Below, piece by piece: positions 27,633 to 39,512 of a stretch of DNA of 61,401 nucleotides. The position numbers and the translations under genes were made by a program. Each line of letters begins with the position of its first letter. Positions within the stretch are counted from its first letter, which is position 1. Under the pieces are notes generated by a model, which saw nothing but the letters and a program-made list of their open reading frames with translations, had not been told where the DNA came from and ran no database searches. This DNA comes from Trichinella spiralis (lineage: Eukaryota), in NCBI RefSeq assembly GCF_000181795.1, contig NW_003526945.1, positions 6,140,573 to 6,201,973 of the forward strand, written 5' to 3'.

Positions 27633-27774
27633 GTTGTTGTTGCCGACAAAAATGTGGCAGTAGAAAAAGTATAATCAATTGTAAAATAAAATATTGAAAT
27701 TTTAAACGGCTATTTTTCTTCGAAAACAATCACCGTAGCTCAGGTGCTGCTTTGGTGCGTGGAACGTGAATCAT
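24389..27774 (-). CDS. Putative small spliced protein (about 53 aa or longer) ending RKSVTFSSFDIFPD*
   Basis: GC-rich terminal exon 24509-24389 behind a TTCTAG acceptor, and a phase-compatible upstream exon 27774-27734 (TTCGCAG acceptor, ATG, GTGATT donor). No homology recognised. Confidence 0.4.
26986..27013. repeat. (TTG)n microsatellite
   Basis: About 9 TTG units. Confidence 0.9.
27578..27642. repeat. Compound (ATT)n(GTT)n microsatellite
   Basis: About 18 ATT units followed by GTT units. Confidence 0.9.
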
Positions 27775-28652
27775 TTTCTCTGCGAATCAATTTCAATAAA
27801 AATTCATAATAGAATAATCGCGACGTATGGAATAATTTTATATGAAATTTAAAAAAAATAAGAAAAACATGCAAACATATAGAAGAAAATGTGAAAGATG
27901 TGCATTTTAATTGCACATATGTTGCTAAGCAACGGACGCAAATTGGAACAAAAAAAATACATAATACAAAAGAACAAAAGTACCACATGCAGGGTTTTTT
28001 TAGTAGCCAAGTCGAGTATAATAAATATTATCATGCGATTGAAACAAACAAAAAACTAAATAACATATGCAAGTTGTCAAGTGAAGACAAAACGGATGTA
28101 ATTTGAAGCACGAGTAAAGTTTTTTATTGAAATTTTTTTTTTTTGAAAATTCCCTGTGCAAGAAGGGTAACTTTATTTCATTTCAACAAAAGAAAAAAAA
28201 TATTAATAAAAATGAAAAATGACAATGGAATGAAAAGTGAAATAAACAGGATAAAATGAATATTTTCTGTACGATTGTTTATCTGATTATTTCACGAAAG
28301 CTTTTCAGCTTTTCTCCCTCTCTCTCTCTCTTCTCGGTGCGTTATGTGCAATTATGTGCGTGTATTATTTGCATCAGCTGTGAGCTGAAAAGCCAGGCAC
28401 TGATTGTCCAATTTTCAAGTCATTTGAAAAAAAAATACATATATAATATTTTTTTAAATAAAAAAAATACTACAAATAATAAAATGATAGCGACTTCAGC
28501 TGAACACCCAGGCGGCAGTTCAGCGCCTAGGCACAAAACCAAAACCAGGTGCCGCATATCGCTTTACACCTAGCTTTGCATAATGGCACGGACTCGGACT
28601 GGGACAAGCTGAACATGAATGTCAGAAGAGCTTAAATTAGCCAATGCAGTCG

Positions 28653-30732
28653 TCAAATGTAGCATATGGCATTCATTTCATGGTTCATTTGAAAATCTTT
28701 GAAAAATGATGAACTGGCAAACCGTGGAAAACAGTCGCGTTTCATTAATTCAAAAATAAATTTTTCTGCCTTTTCGAATAGATTCTTTTCGGCTTGTTCA
28801 TAATTGTGAGAAATTTCAGCTCTTATTGAACCATCTATGCTAATTTCGGTTTTCGCATCCGGTGAAATGAACGTACGATAAATTTCCGTTGCCAACGCTT
28901 TGCGCTGTTTCAAATCTTCAACTTGTGAATATTGTTTGGCCATGGACCAAAATTTCACATTTTCATCAGCACGTTCTGTTACTAGATATTCGCGAAAAAG
29001 TCTCTGACCTTCGTCGTGGGACATCATCGCTTCGAAATCTTTTCCCCAATTTTCTACCGTTTCTCTGCTGAGATTGTTGATCAAAAACATGAAATATTCA
29101 TTGGATCGAATAAATCTTGTATACGAATCACGCTCCATCAATTTGTACACTTGTCGTTGAGCTTCGTCGAAAGTATTTCTCGTTGGACGTTTCATCTCTT
29201 GATTGAGCGCATTTCTGCATTTGATATCGATATTAATTTCACTTGTCGAATTCGTATTTAAAAAACGTTTGTAAATTTCCTGTGCCATATCGTAAAGTTC
29301 ATCCGAATTAGTCAACTGTCGGTATTCTTCGATCAGTTCCCAAAAGAATATATTCTCTTCGGCATGTTCCGACTCCAAATATTCCCTGAACTGGCGTCTA
29401 CCGACCGGATTATTCAACATGCGGCTAAATGACTGTTGCCAGCTTTTAGCTTCATTGTAATCGACGTGATTCACTTTTTCCGTATTGTTCGATATGCCGA
29501 TCGTGTTCGTGCAGCTTAACCACTTGAACGCCTCTCGACATCTGTCGTATAGACTAAAATTTACAGCATACAATAGTGTAATTAATATATATTGCGAGCA
29601 GACAATAAATATGCAACTTGTAATATCTGTGATTAATTATTCACTATCGAGCACTGTGCACAAATTATATAACAACTGTGGAACTGAATGTCGTCGCTGA
29701 AAATTATAATGCTCAAATAAATATCTAGAATCAAATTTTGAATTATCACAAACAAATCGGCAAATTGTTCATGTGCTTCATCAAATGATTAATGCTTGTG
29801 CGCGTGATAAAAATCATCAAGCTGATGATACAATTAAGCTGATGCTGTTTTTTTTTCATTATCGATACAAATTAGAGTACGTTGTTTCCAGTTAACAATT
29901 GTTGCATCAAAGACAACCATTCTGTTATATCTATTCTAATTGAGCAAAGTATCTCATTTGAACGGCAAAAATTTTATGCAACTTTAATCATTTCATGCGA
30001 AACTGCTATTTGGTGGAAATTTTCTGTAAATCTTTTAATTTGTGCAATTGGAAAATAACTGAAATAAACAGATTGGAGTGGATTTTGTATGAAAAATTTG
30101 CAATTCTTGTTTATTTGTAATTGTGACTAAAAAATCAATTTCAGTTATTAATTTTTAAAAATGCATCAACATTTCAATGTTGATGTCCAACGCCCAGCTG
30201 AGACTGAGTGTACTTAACAGATAATACTGGATAGTAGTAATTAATTCGAAAAAGAAAAAAATTTTTTTTCCTATTTGATGCTTGTTTATGTTTATCATTG
30301 CGCAACACTTTCCATGGTAAATGATTTCCGTTAGCAAAAGCCTCATGCTATAAAATTCTCCACCATGGCAACAATGATTAAAGCGGATGCAAGTCATGTT
30401 GTAAACACTAAGCAGCATATGTTGCGTATACGAGACAATTATTTGAAATTTTCAAATTTAAATAATGAAAAAAAATTGGAAAGCAATGCCTTCTTATTTT
30501 TTACAAATAAATTAAATTACAACTTCAACTCGAATGATATATTGTCGCATTACAGTTATTAATGTGTGTGTGTGTGTGTGCGTAGGAATATACATATAAT
30601 GTAACTGAAAACTTACGATCGCTTCTTACCCGATTCCATTGCTGGCTCTAATCATAGCCGTCAAGTCCGGGTCCGTGCCAATTCTGTACAAGCTAGAGGC
30701 CTCTCGCCGATGCTTAATAGACGAAATGTTGG
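28653..30732 (-). CDS. Regulator of G-protein signalling with two tandem RGS domains; 5' end incomplete (further exons probably up to about 32 kb)
   Basis: Two RGS boxes: W..SF..ML....G...FREYL.SEHAEENIFFW...EINID...FDEAQ..VY.LMERDSY.RF and W...F..MM....G..LFREYL..E.ADENV.FW...EISID...LMKRDCFPRF. Exon 30732-30620 joins in phase 2 to the TTTTAG acceptor near 29553. Confidence 0.9.
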
Positions 30733-33700
30733 CTAAAATGGATAATACAAACTCAATAAAATATACGAGAAGGATGAAAACAAAATAGGATAGTAATTAT
30801 CATTATTATTATTATTTCACCTTGAAGCTGCTGACGCTCAGGCAACGTGGCGGCTGTGAAAAGTAAAAGCGGCCTACGACCGTTGGGCAGAGGTAATTTT
30901 TCGCTCGCCGTTAGCAACTGAGCTCAGTGATCGGTTAGCTGAAAAATATAAAGATGGTGACAATTGTGGCAAAGAATGAAAATGAATTGCGTTGAATAAG
31001 GAGCAATGTGCATGCAAAAAGCCTTGATTCGAACCGACGTTGGGGCAGAAATGATTTTCGATTAGATTCGATTTGCTAGAAAAGGGTCAATTTGGAAAAA
31101 TACTGTAATGTTGGACATTTCCGATTCTGAGACGCACACGCCTCGATTATCCGCACTAAGTGGATCGCAGTCGGTCGTAACCAACAAGCTACTACATCGT
31201 GCTTCAAGTTTTTGCCATATTTTGATATGACAGCTTATTGATTATTTTTATGCGTTCAAGCAGGAATTTTATAGAACGACGCTTAATGCACTACGGATTT
31301 TTTTTTCGCTAATTTATTTTGCTCTGAATAAACCACTAGTCGCGCAGATCGATGGTGACAAAGTTGCGCGTGCCAACGGTTATAGCGCAAAGGCCGACCT
31401 CGGTTTTGGGACAGGCCAAAAAGCCACAGCTACCACTTTGCGCACTCATCGATCTAAACATACCCCGGTCGTTTGTTGGGCATGTTTGTTAACTAGCCAG
31501 CATTGGACAAGACAAGAAAAAGATGAGCATTATTAGCTTGAAAGCTTACTTCAGTTAGATGTGGCGGGCTGAAAGTCGAGATCAGTTGAAACGGCCAGAA
31601 TAGTTTGACCAAAGCACGCGACCATATTTCGACGTGCTGGTGGTTGTAGCAATCGAAGGATTCGAGTCGAAATTGAATAAATTCGACAAAATAAGGAAGA
31701 GGATCATTTTCCTTCTGAGCTGCACATCAGGCCGCTTTACCAAGCGGGCGGCTGGCGAACTACACCGATGGATACGCGTCAAAATTGTAAGCAAACAAAT
31801 CGCCAAGTTAGATAATTTTCCTTTTCGTTGAAGAATTGATGAAATTGGTTTAGATCGAATCCCAGCTTTACCTGCCCTTGATGAGGTCGCTGTTAGGCAG
31901 TTGTGTTGATGGAAGATTGAAAATCCACTTCAATCGATCAGAATTTTTCAATGGTTTTGCAAAGCGTTGCACGTTCACGTATAGCGGCAACAACGTTGGT
32001 TACAATCGACCAAACTCAATCTGCAAGCTGAGCGCTTTTCTCATAGTAAGCAACCGTTGAACAGCAGTAATAGCGGCGGTGGCGTTGGCGTTGGCGGTGG
32101 TGGCAGTAGTAGCAGCAGTAGCAGTGTGGTGGCAGTAAAAGTAAGCAGCCATTAGCAGCAGACTGATCTGCAATCGTTTCCCTCTTCAGTGCAGCCGATG
32201 CACATGGTTTCCCTTCGAAACGTTGTTTACTTCGTTCCTTAGTTACTGATCATCATCAATATTACCATCTTTATTAGTGCCTTCGAGCGAATAGCGACGA
32301 ATTTTACCATCTCAATTATGAACCAATGCCGGTTCTACTTACAACCTGGCAAAAAGGTTTACTTCTCTTTCGGATCGTTTACTTGACATTACTTGCTCAT
32401 TTTTAGTCCATATGCATATTCATAAAATATGCATTGTTCCATCAAATTCTGCACAACCATCTCAGTATGCATAATATAAGTGAATATAAGTCTACTAATT
32501 GGATAAACAATGCTCTGATAAAGCCACTGATGAGAAGAGCAGACTAGACGGAAGATTATTAATTAGCACCAACGTGAAGAAAAGGTGTTTTTCAATGCTA
32601 TTTCAACTGTTGGTTTTTATTACAATCAAGGCGCTGACCATCGGATAAAAATTGCCAATCGAGTGTTTCAATTTCAAATGATGATTGTCAATAAAAAACG
32701 TTCAGTGGTCATTTTGAGAACGGAAATTGACAAAATGCTTTACTGCTTGTTAAATCGCCGGTTTTATTTTGAAATTACGCAAGTAATTGTTTGCTGACTG
32801 TTCAGTACTGTGTCTCTGCTCTATTGAATGCAAAACAGGGAAAAAGGTTTCAGAACTAAATCTGAAAAAAAAACATTTCCAAAACATCAATTTTAAATTG
32901 CAGTTTGTTAAAATACACTAATAATAATATTTGTACATTTTCGACATGCCGATGCAGCAGTTAAGCTAATAAATAGACTACTTATTCTGGATTTTTATCT
33001 GAATCAAGTTTTTACTCTGAAATCACATAATAGATACAGAAAATTATTGAACGACATTTAATAGTGTAAATTAGCTTTCTTGCGTATCATTTGTTATATG
33101 AAGCTAAAATGAAATTTTGAAATGAAAAAACAGCTAATTAATATTTGAAATTGGAATTTAAAAAACGTATTCTCCTTTAACAGAAAATTATTATCTTCTC
33201 ATTCTTCAAAAAAGGCATCCATATTCACTTTGCATGCAGAATACTCAAAAATGTCAGGATGAATTGTATCTAGCATAAGTGCATAACAGAATGTTTCTTT
33301 CGTATGAATATTCAATAATTGTAAACAAGCTTTTCCTTTTTGTGCCATTCATTCTTGCGTTAATCAATTCAGATTTTAACTGCTTTTCAATGGTGCTGAG
33401 AAGCTGCCAAATGAATAACCCTACGGCTAACCTTTACATTTTGTAATTCAATATTGATAAATAATAGATTTCAAAATTTTCCAGTAAATGAAACAAAGCT
33501 TTCAAACAATGAAGTGAAGAAATATAATAAGTAATAAAAAAAATATAATTGAGTTTTTAAAGAGATGATAGAAACTAATTGATAAACTTAACACCGATGT
33601 TGTTTACTGAAAAACATCTTATATTTAATGCAAAAACTTCCGTATTACTCATAAAATCGTAAAAAAGACTAATTTATCTCCAGGAAAGTTTTAAACTGCC

Positions 33701-36700
33701 TGATAAAAGCCTTTTTAAAAACTGTTGCTCTCTAAAATATACTTCATAAAATGAATGCTTTTAAATTAAATTTCTTTTCAAAAAATAACAATAAATGAAA
33801 AATATTAATTCATAATATGATTGACTGATGCTTCTTTGAATAACTCCATTTTAAAACTTGCAAATGTTCAGTAATATAAATTTCCAGTATTATTATTTTA
33901 TTTGTCAAATAAATGAAATATTTCAAGTGTTTTTTATATTCTAAGATGTTTTACACTTGCATCAGTGGACAATAAAATGCAGCAAACTCTAAACTGAACG
34001 ACTCCATATACGAAACATTATGCTATGCTGGTCAGTTTCTATGGTTTCTTCATAATAATTAAGTAATATTTGTACTTTGAACCATAAATTTTGTCATATT
34101 GCTACCGTTAACTTGAAAAGGCTTTTATACACTTGTAATCATATCGTCTTTAATCAAAATAATCTAGTAGTCAGTCTGTCAGTATTTAAATATAATTAAT
34201 TTATAATTTTATGGATAAACTATCCCAAATGAATTGTGAATTTGTGAAATTACCTAGGGCGGAAAATGCTTCGGAATTGCATCATCAAATTAATTTTGCT
34301 GCTTTAGTTCATTGTTGCTCATTCACTGTCATTTCACTATATTTATCATGCCAATCATAACACATTTAAAAGCGTCTTTAATTTAAAAAATTCCATTTTT
34401 CTTTCAGTTTTTTCATCAAATGATGCAATCGTAAGAAAAACATTTGATCTGATTTATTCATGTTTCACTGTACAGTTAAATAATGGCAAATTCATGCAGG
34501 CATTTTAATATTGATGAATACATTAATTTTTTGCATAAAAATAAGATCAAATGTCAACTTTTACATTTCCTTTTATTTGCTTTTGTAATTCTGTTTGATT
34601 ATTTTAAAATGTAACTACATAAAATTAACCTATTCGACATTCTTACATTGAGAATTTAGATATAATTTAATATTAATTGTCACTGCAGATATATGCATGA
34701 ATATAAATTGATGCATTTTTTAAATGTCAGAATGTAATTTTGAATCATATATTTGTAGCTCAGATTTGTTAAATAATTTCAATATATGCTGATGTTTCCA
34801 GAAATGAATTTATAAAATTTTTCATTATATGCAAAATTTTCCCTCGGCCTTACGTTATTCATATCTTATCTTTGTGTAAATATTTCTTAGATAAGTTTAA
34901 AATCTTTAAAGTAAATAACATTGCTTATCTGCTTTGTTTCGCCAAACATTCCTGATATTCATCTCGATTTCGGTTTTGAAATTGGAGTATTAGCATATCA
35001 AGTTCATGTCAATCTTAAAATGATTTCAAATGTCATGTTACAATAATGTTATATTTTAAATTTATTTTAAGGAGTAAATTTATGAAAAAGTGAAACAGAC
35101 TGTTCAAATTCATTATGAAACTTGATAAGTGTTCTAAAAGTGCCACATTCCGTTTCTCAAAATATGCATCTAGCTAATCCTGTTTTTCAGTTGAACTTTA
35201 CAATTATTTTAACTTTTCTACCTCTTCTGAAAATTAAATTTATATCAGTGATGAATACTTTTTTGTATGCTTTATATATGCATAACTGCATAGCAATAGG
35301 ACAAATTATTAAAAGTATAAACTAATACACACAATTATCAATAGTTCTCTCTTAATGAAGAAGCTCAACACTTGCAGTTATTTAATTTACCTCAATTATT
35401 TATAACTGTATTTTTCAATTTTATACAATGTTGCTTTGTTGTAATAAAAACATTTGTTGTACATTTTTTAATTGTACGTCAACTAAGCATATCTTTCATC
35501 TAATTTTCAAGAAATTTTTATCAAGCGTAAAATGACGACAGCTTGATTTATATTGTCTGTTTAAATCGATCGATGACGTTGTTGAACAGCTCATTTGACT
35601 TTCTAGATAGATGAACATCGTGTCCAAATCTGAAAACACTGTCTGAGGGTAAGGATGTTGCGGAAATAGCTTCAAAAGGCTATAGTTATAAGGATGCACA
35701 AGCCAGTTGCCATAACCAAACCCGCATTAGTAAACAGTCTAACAGACATGTAATTATTAAGCATTCTGTTGGAAGGTTATTATTTATATCTTTCTCCCTT
35801 TGTTTTGTTTCCTTTATTTGGATGTTTGGTTGAAAATATTTGGATATGAAATATTGAGAATCATCGAAATTATGCTTCACATAAACAAATAAATATCAAT
35901 AAAGTGAACTGTGATTAAGGTTATTAACAGTTGACAATTAATACATTAAAGGGAAAGAACAACGCCCTGTTTTAAGTAAGTAATAATGTTATGTAGAAAG
36001 ATTACCTTGACTTCAATGCTAAGCAACATTTATTAATGTACATTATAAACAGGTAATGGACGTCTGTAGTTAATATTATTTGCGGCAGATTCTACTCTCT
36101 CAATTGCTTATAGTTTGGATGTTTGCTTATTTCAATTGCTTATAGCATTCGTTATAGTTGAATGAAGAACAATTTCATATCTCCAAACAATAAACTATAC
36201 AATGAAACTCATTCAATTCGTTTAAACTTCAAATTTGAAAAGCATTTATGAAAATAAAACTATCTAATGCACTGAACTATCAATATCCCAAAGTTATACA
36301 TATATATGCATTGCAAGTCAAAACGTCATGCAAAATGTTAATAAATTGGAAAATGTTTTTATGCGTAATTTTCTTTTTGCATAAGAGCAGGTTTGCTTAA
36401 AACTTAAAACATTATTTATTTATGATGAAAATACTAGACAGAAATTGTTTTATTATTTAACACTACAGCTTTTTATAATTTGAATAACAACGCTCCTGAC
36501 TCTTTTTGAATTCTTGCTCTGAATAATAGCTCATGCACTTTACAAGTATGTTTCTCTAATGCACTGAAATGATAAAAAATTGAATACTTAATGCAGCATT
36601 TCCATCACAACTGCTTGGAGGCACTTTTTCATAAAAATTAATTTTAAGACGAGTATTTAAATCTTTCACATTGCAACTTATCCCTTCTTAAGCTTCCATG

Positions 36701-37569
36701 TTACTTTTCTTACCTGTCAAATGTACTAGAGCTTTTTAGACGAAGTAATTAAAAAATATCTGAAAATAAATTAGCAGGAAAAGTTAATAATTTGAAATTA
36801 TAATTGCAGACATTCGAGTCAACAGGATCACATTTTAAATTTCCTCAACGCTAAAACTGTTTATTTGTGCTATTAATTTAGCTACAGGCTCTGAATAAAA
36901 TTGAAAAGTAACTCACAAATAAACGTCAGCATCCAAAAATATATACTTTATGTAGAATACAAGTGAATCATACATTATAATGCATATTTAAAAATTATGT
37001 GTAAAATGCAAAGCGTTGATAAAACAATCACGTTAAATTCTGCAGATGTAGTACATTAGAATGCATTTTATACTTTGAGGCTTAAAATTTACTGCCTAAT
37101 CACTTCTACTACTCTATTAAGATGGAAATGCTGAAGTTGAAATTTCCTCTGCTTAAAAACAAATCATTCATCACCAGTAGTATTTGAAATTAATATGTTT
37201 ATTCAACAGTAATTTTTATTATAGATTTCATGAAAATAGAATGAGGGAAAATGGGAAATGAAATGTTATAAAGTCATGGAATTTCATGTTTATATTAGAA
37301 ATAAAATTATAAAAAAATTGCATAGAAGTTAGATTATAAAATTATAATTGTCTGTTAAAGACTATTAAGTTTCTAAAATTTCAAAATAGAAATGCAAAAT
37401 ATACGAACGGAAATGGACAACTAAGTGTTTAACTAACTAAGGAATTAAATTTCAGTACATATTATTCTGTAAACACACTTCTGGATAAATTTGTAAGATG
37501 AATAATTGTTGAAAATTAACTTTATTTTTAATGTGCATATTCCAAAAACAAATGCAAGTAAATGCAGAT

Positions 37570-39512
37570 TTATCCAAGTTTACCGAGAAGTCCTCCTACA
37601 CCCGGCACTTTGTCCAAACCTGGCACTTTAGGCAAACTACCACCTCCAGGAATTTTGTCCTTTATTCCATCTAGGAGACCACCGCCTCCACCTGGAGCAC
37701 CTCCTGCTGGTGCACCACCCCCTGGTGCACCTCCTGCTGGTGCATTTGGAGCAGCAGGAGGAGCTGGTGCACCAGCACCTGGTCGGCCAGCAAAGTACGG
37801 CAGTCCCATCGCATAATACTGCATCAGAGCTTGCATTGGAATAGTGGTGCTTCCTCCAGGGTAAGTTCCATACGCAAACGGTAGACCTTGAGGAACGCTT
37901 AAATATGGCATGTACGGCATAAAACCATAATCTAAAGAAAAATTTATTCTTACGTTTACCAATGCAAAGCGGTTATCAGTTGTACACGCAACATAAAAGA
38001 TTGGAAACTGAAATAAAAAATATCCTATATTTGAATTTACGTAACAGTACAATTTAAATTTAAATAAATTTAATTAATATTCAAATTTTCTCAAGTGAAG
38101 GCTGAAGTATTTCGTAACAGTTTTGCATTATATTATGCTATGATTATTACCATACTATTTTAAGCACTAGAAAATTTTGAAATTAAAAAAAAAACAAAAG
38201 AATTCCAGTTACAGTTTGCATTATTCTTGTAAATATACTTATTTGTAAAATCTTTTCTATTTTTTGAAGAACAAAAATTTATTCATTACTTGCATAGCTA
38301 TAGGTAGACGGATATGCATATGCATAAACATATGGATTAACCGTATAAGGTGAATTGTATTGTGGGATGTATGGCATCATTCCTTGTCGGAGTGACTTAT
38401 CTCTATCGTTAGTTTCTTCATTTTCTGGAAAAAACATATACCATTAAATGTGAACTCTGATTATGTTTGGGCAGTGTAGAATTGATATTCTACACTTAAT
38501 AATGCATATCAATTGTACGAAACTGAGCAGTACAAAATTTTCAACTAAAAATGTAAATAACTTTAAGCACATTATGAAAACAACTATATGATGTAATTGT
38601 AATTTTGTTGAATAAAAGCAAAAACATTTTTTGTTTTAAAATAAAAGAATTTCATGCTTACTTTCTACACATTGCTGTAAAGTTGCATTGAAAATCATGC
38701 TTTTCTTGCAAAATTCTAGTTTCCAAGTGCCGCATTTGCTATTTTCAAAAAGTTGTTCACATGAATAATAAATCATCATATCATGGATATCATAGAGTAA
38801 AATGCTTTTTTCAATGTTGCATTTTAATTCTGAATTGTGCGTTTCTTTGGATATGTCACCACTGCTCGATTCTTTGCAAAATGCTAAATCATCCAGCATA
38901 GATTTCATTTCATGATCCTATATATATTGTAAGAAAAGTACAATTATTATTTGCTACTTTATTCATGTTAATGCATTTTAACCTGACACTGCCTCATCAA
39001 CATATTAAATACCATATTTTTCGGACATTCTTTTTTCTTCCATACACCTCTGTTATCTTCTGTTGCTCTAAAGAATAAATGATCTCTTATCAATTTTTCT
39101 TCATGAATTACATACAAACGGTGAATGTATATGACACTTGAAGTGGTTTTATAAAACTACATTAATATGATAAAAATGAATTATCATTTAAAAATGAAAA
39201 AAATATATGAAAAATTCTAAGAAACATGTTAAGCAGTAGTAAATTTCATAAAAATGGATGTGAAAAAAATGTCATACTTTTCATTCGATGCTGTTTTTTC
39301 ACATGATAAATATGTTGAAGCTGTAAGAGCGATTGGTAAATCTAATCCAATCTCACAAGCTTCTCCAGTTAAGTCCGCTATAATTCTCAAATAAAATTTC
39401 AAAAATTACTAGCAAAAGTAGTAATATTACATGAAAATTCCGTCTGGATTGGTATACTTGCAAGAATAATCGATATTAAAATACTGAAAATAATTATGAT
39501 AGCTGAGTTCAT
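37570..39512 (-). CDS. Secreted protein: signal peptide, two CBM14/ChtBD2-like Cys modules, Tyr/Pro/Met-rich region and Gly/Ala/Pro-rich tail; 6 exons
   Basis: Phase-consistent splice model: MNSAIIIIFSILISIILASIPIQTEFS|SDLTGEACEIGLDLPIALTASTYLSCEK...GVWKKKECPKNMVFNMLMRQCQ|...KCNIEK...YYSCEQ...GTWKLEFCKKSMIFNATLQQCVE|...MMPYIPQY...|NYGFMPYMPY...PAGGAPGGGAPAGGAPGG...PKVPGLDKVPGVGGLLGKLG*. Confidence 0.8.

Noticed and set aside
31550..32210. GC-rich Ala/Thr/Pro-like region as RGS 5' coding exons
   Set aside because: Donor-like sites exist but I could not build a stop-free, phase-consistent model; left unassigned.
37562..37816. Pro-rich + strand ORF; collagen-like appearance
   Set aside because: Antisense of the Gly-rich exon, and neither strand has sustained Gly-X-Y periodicity.
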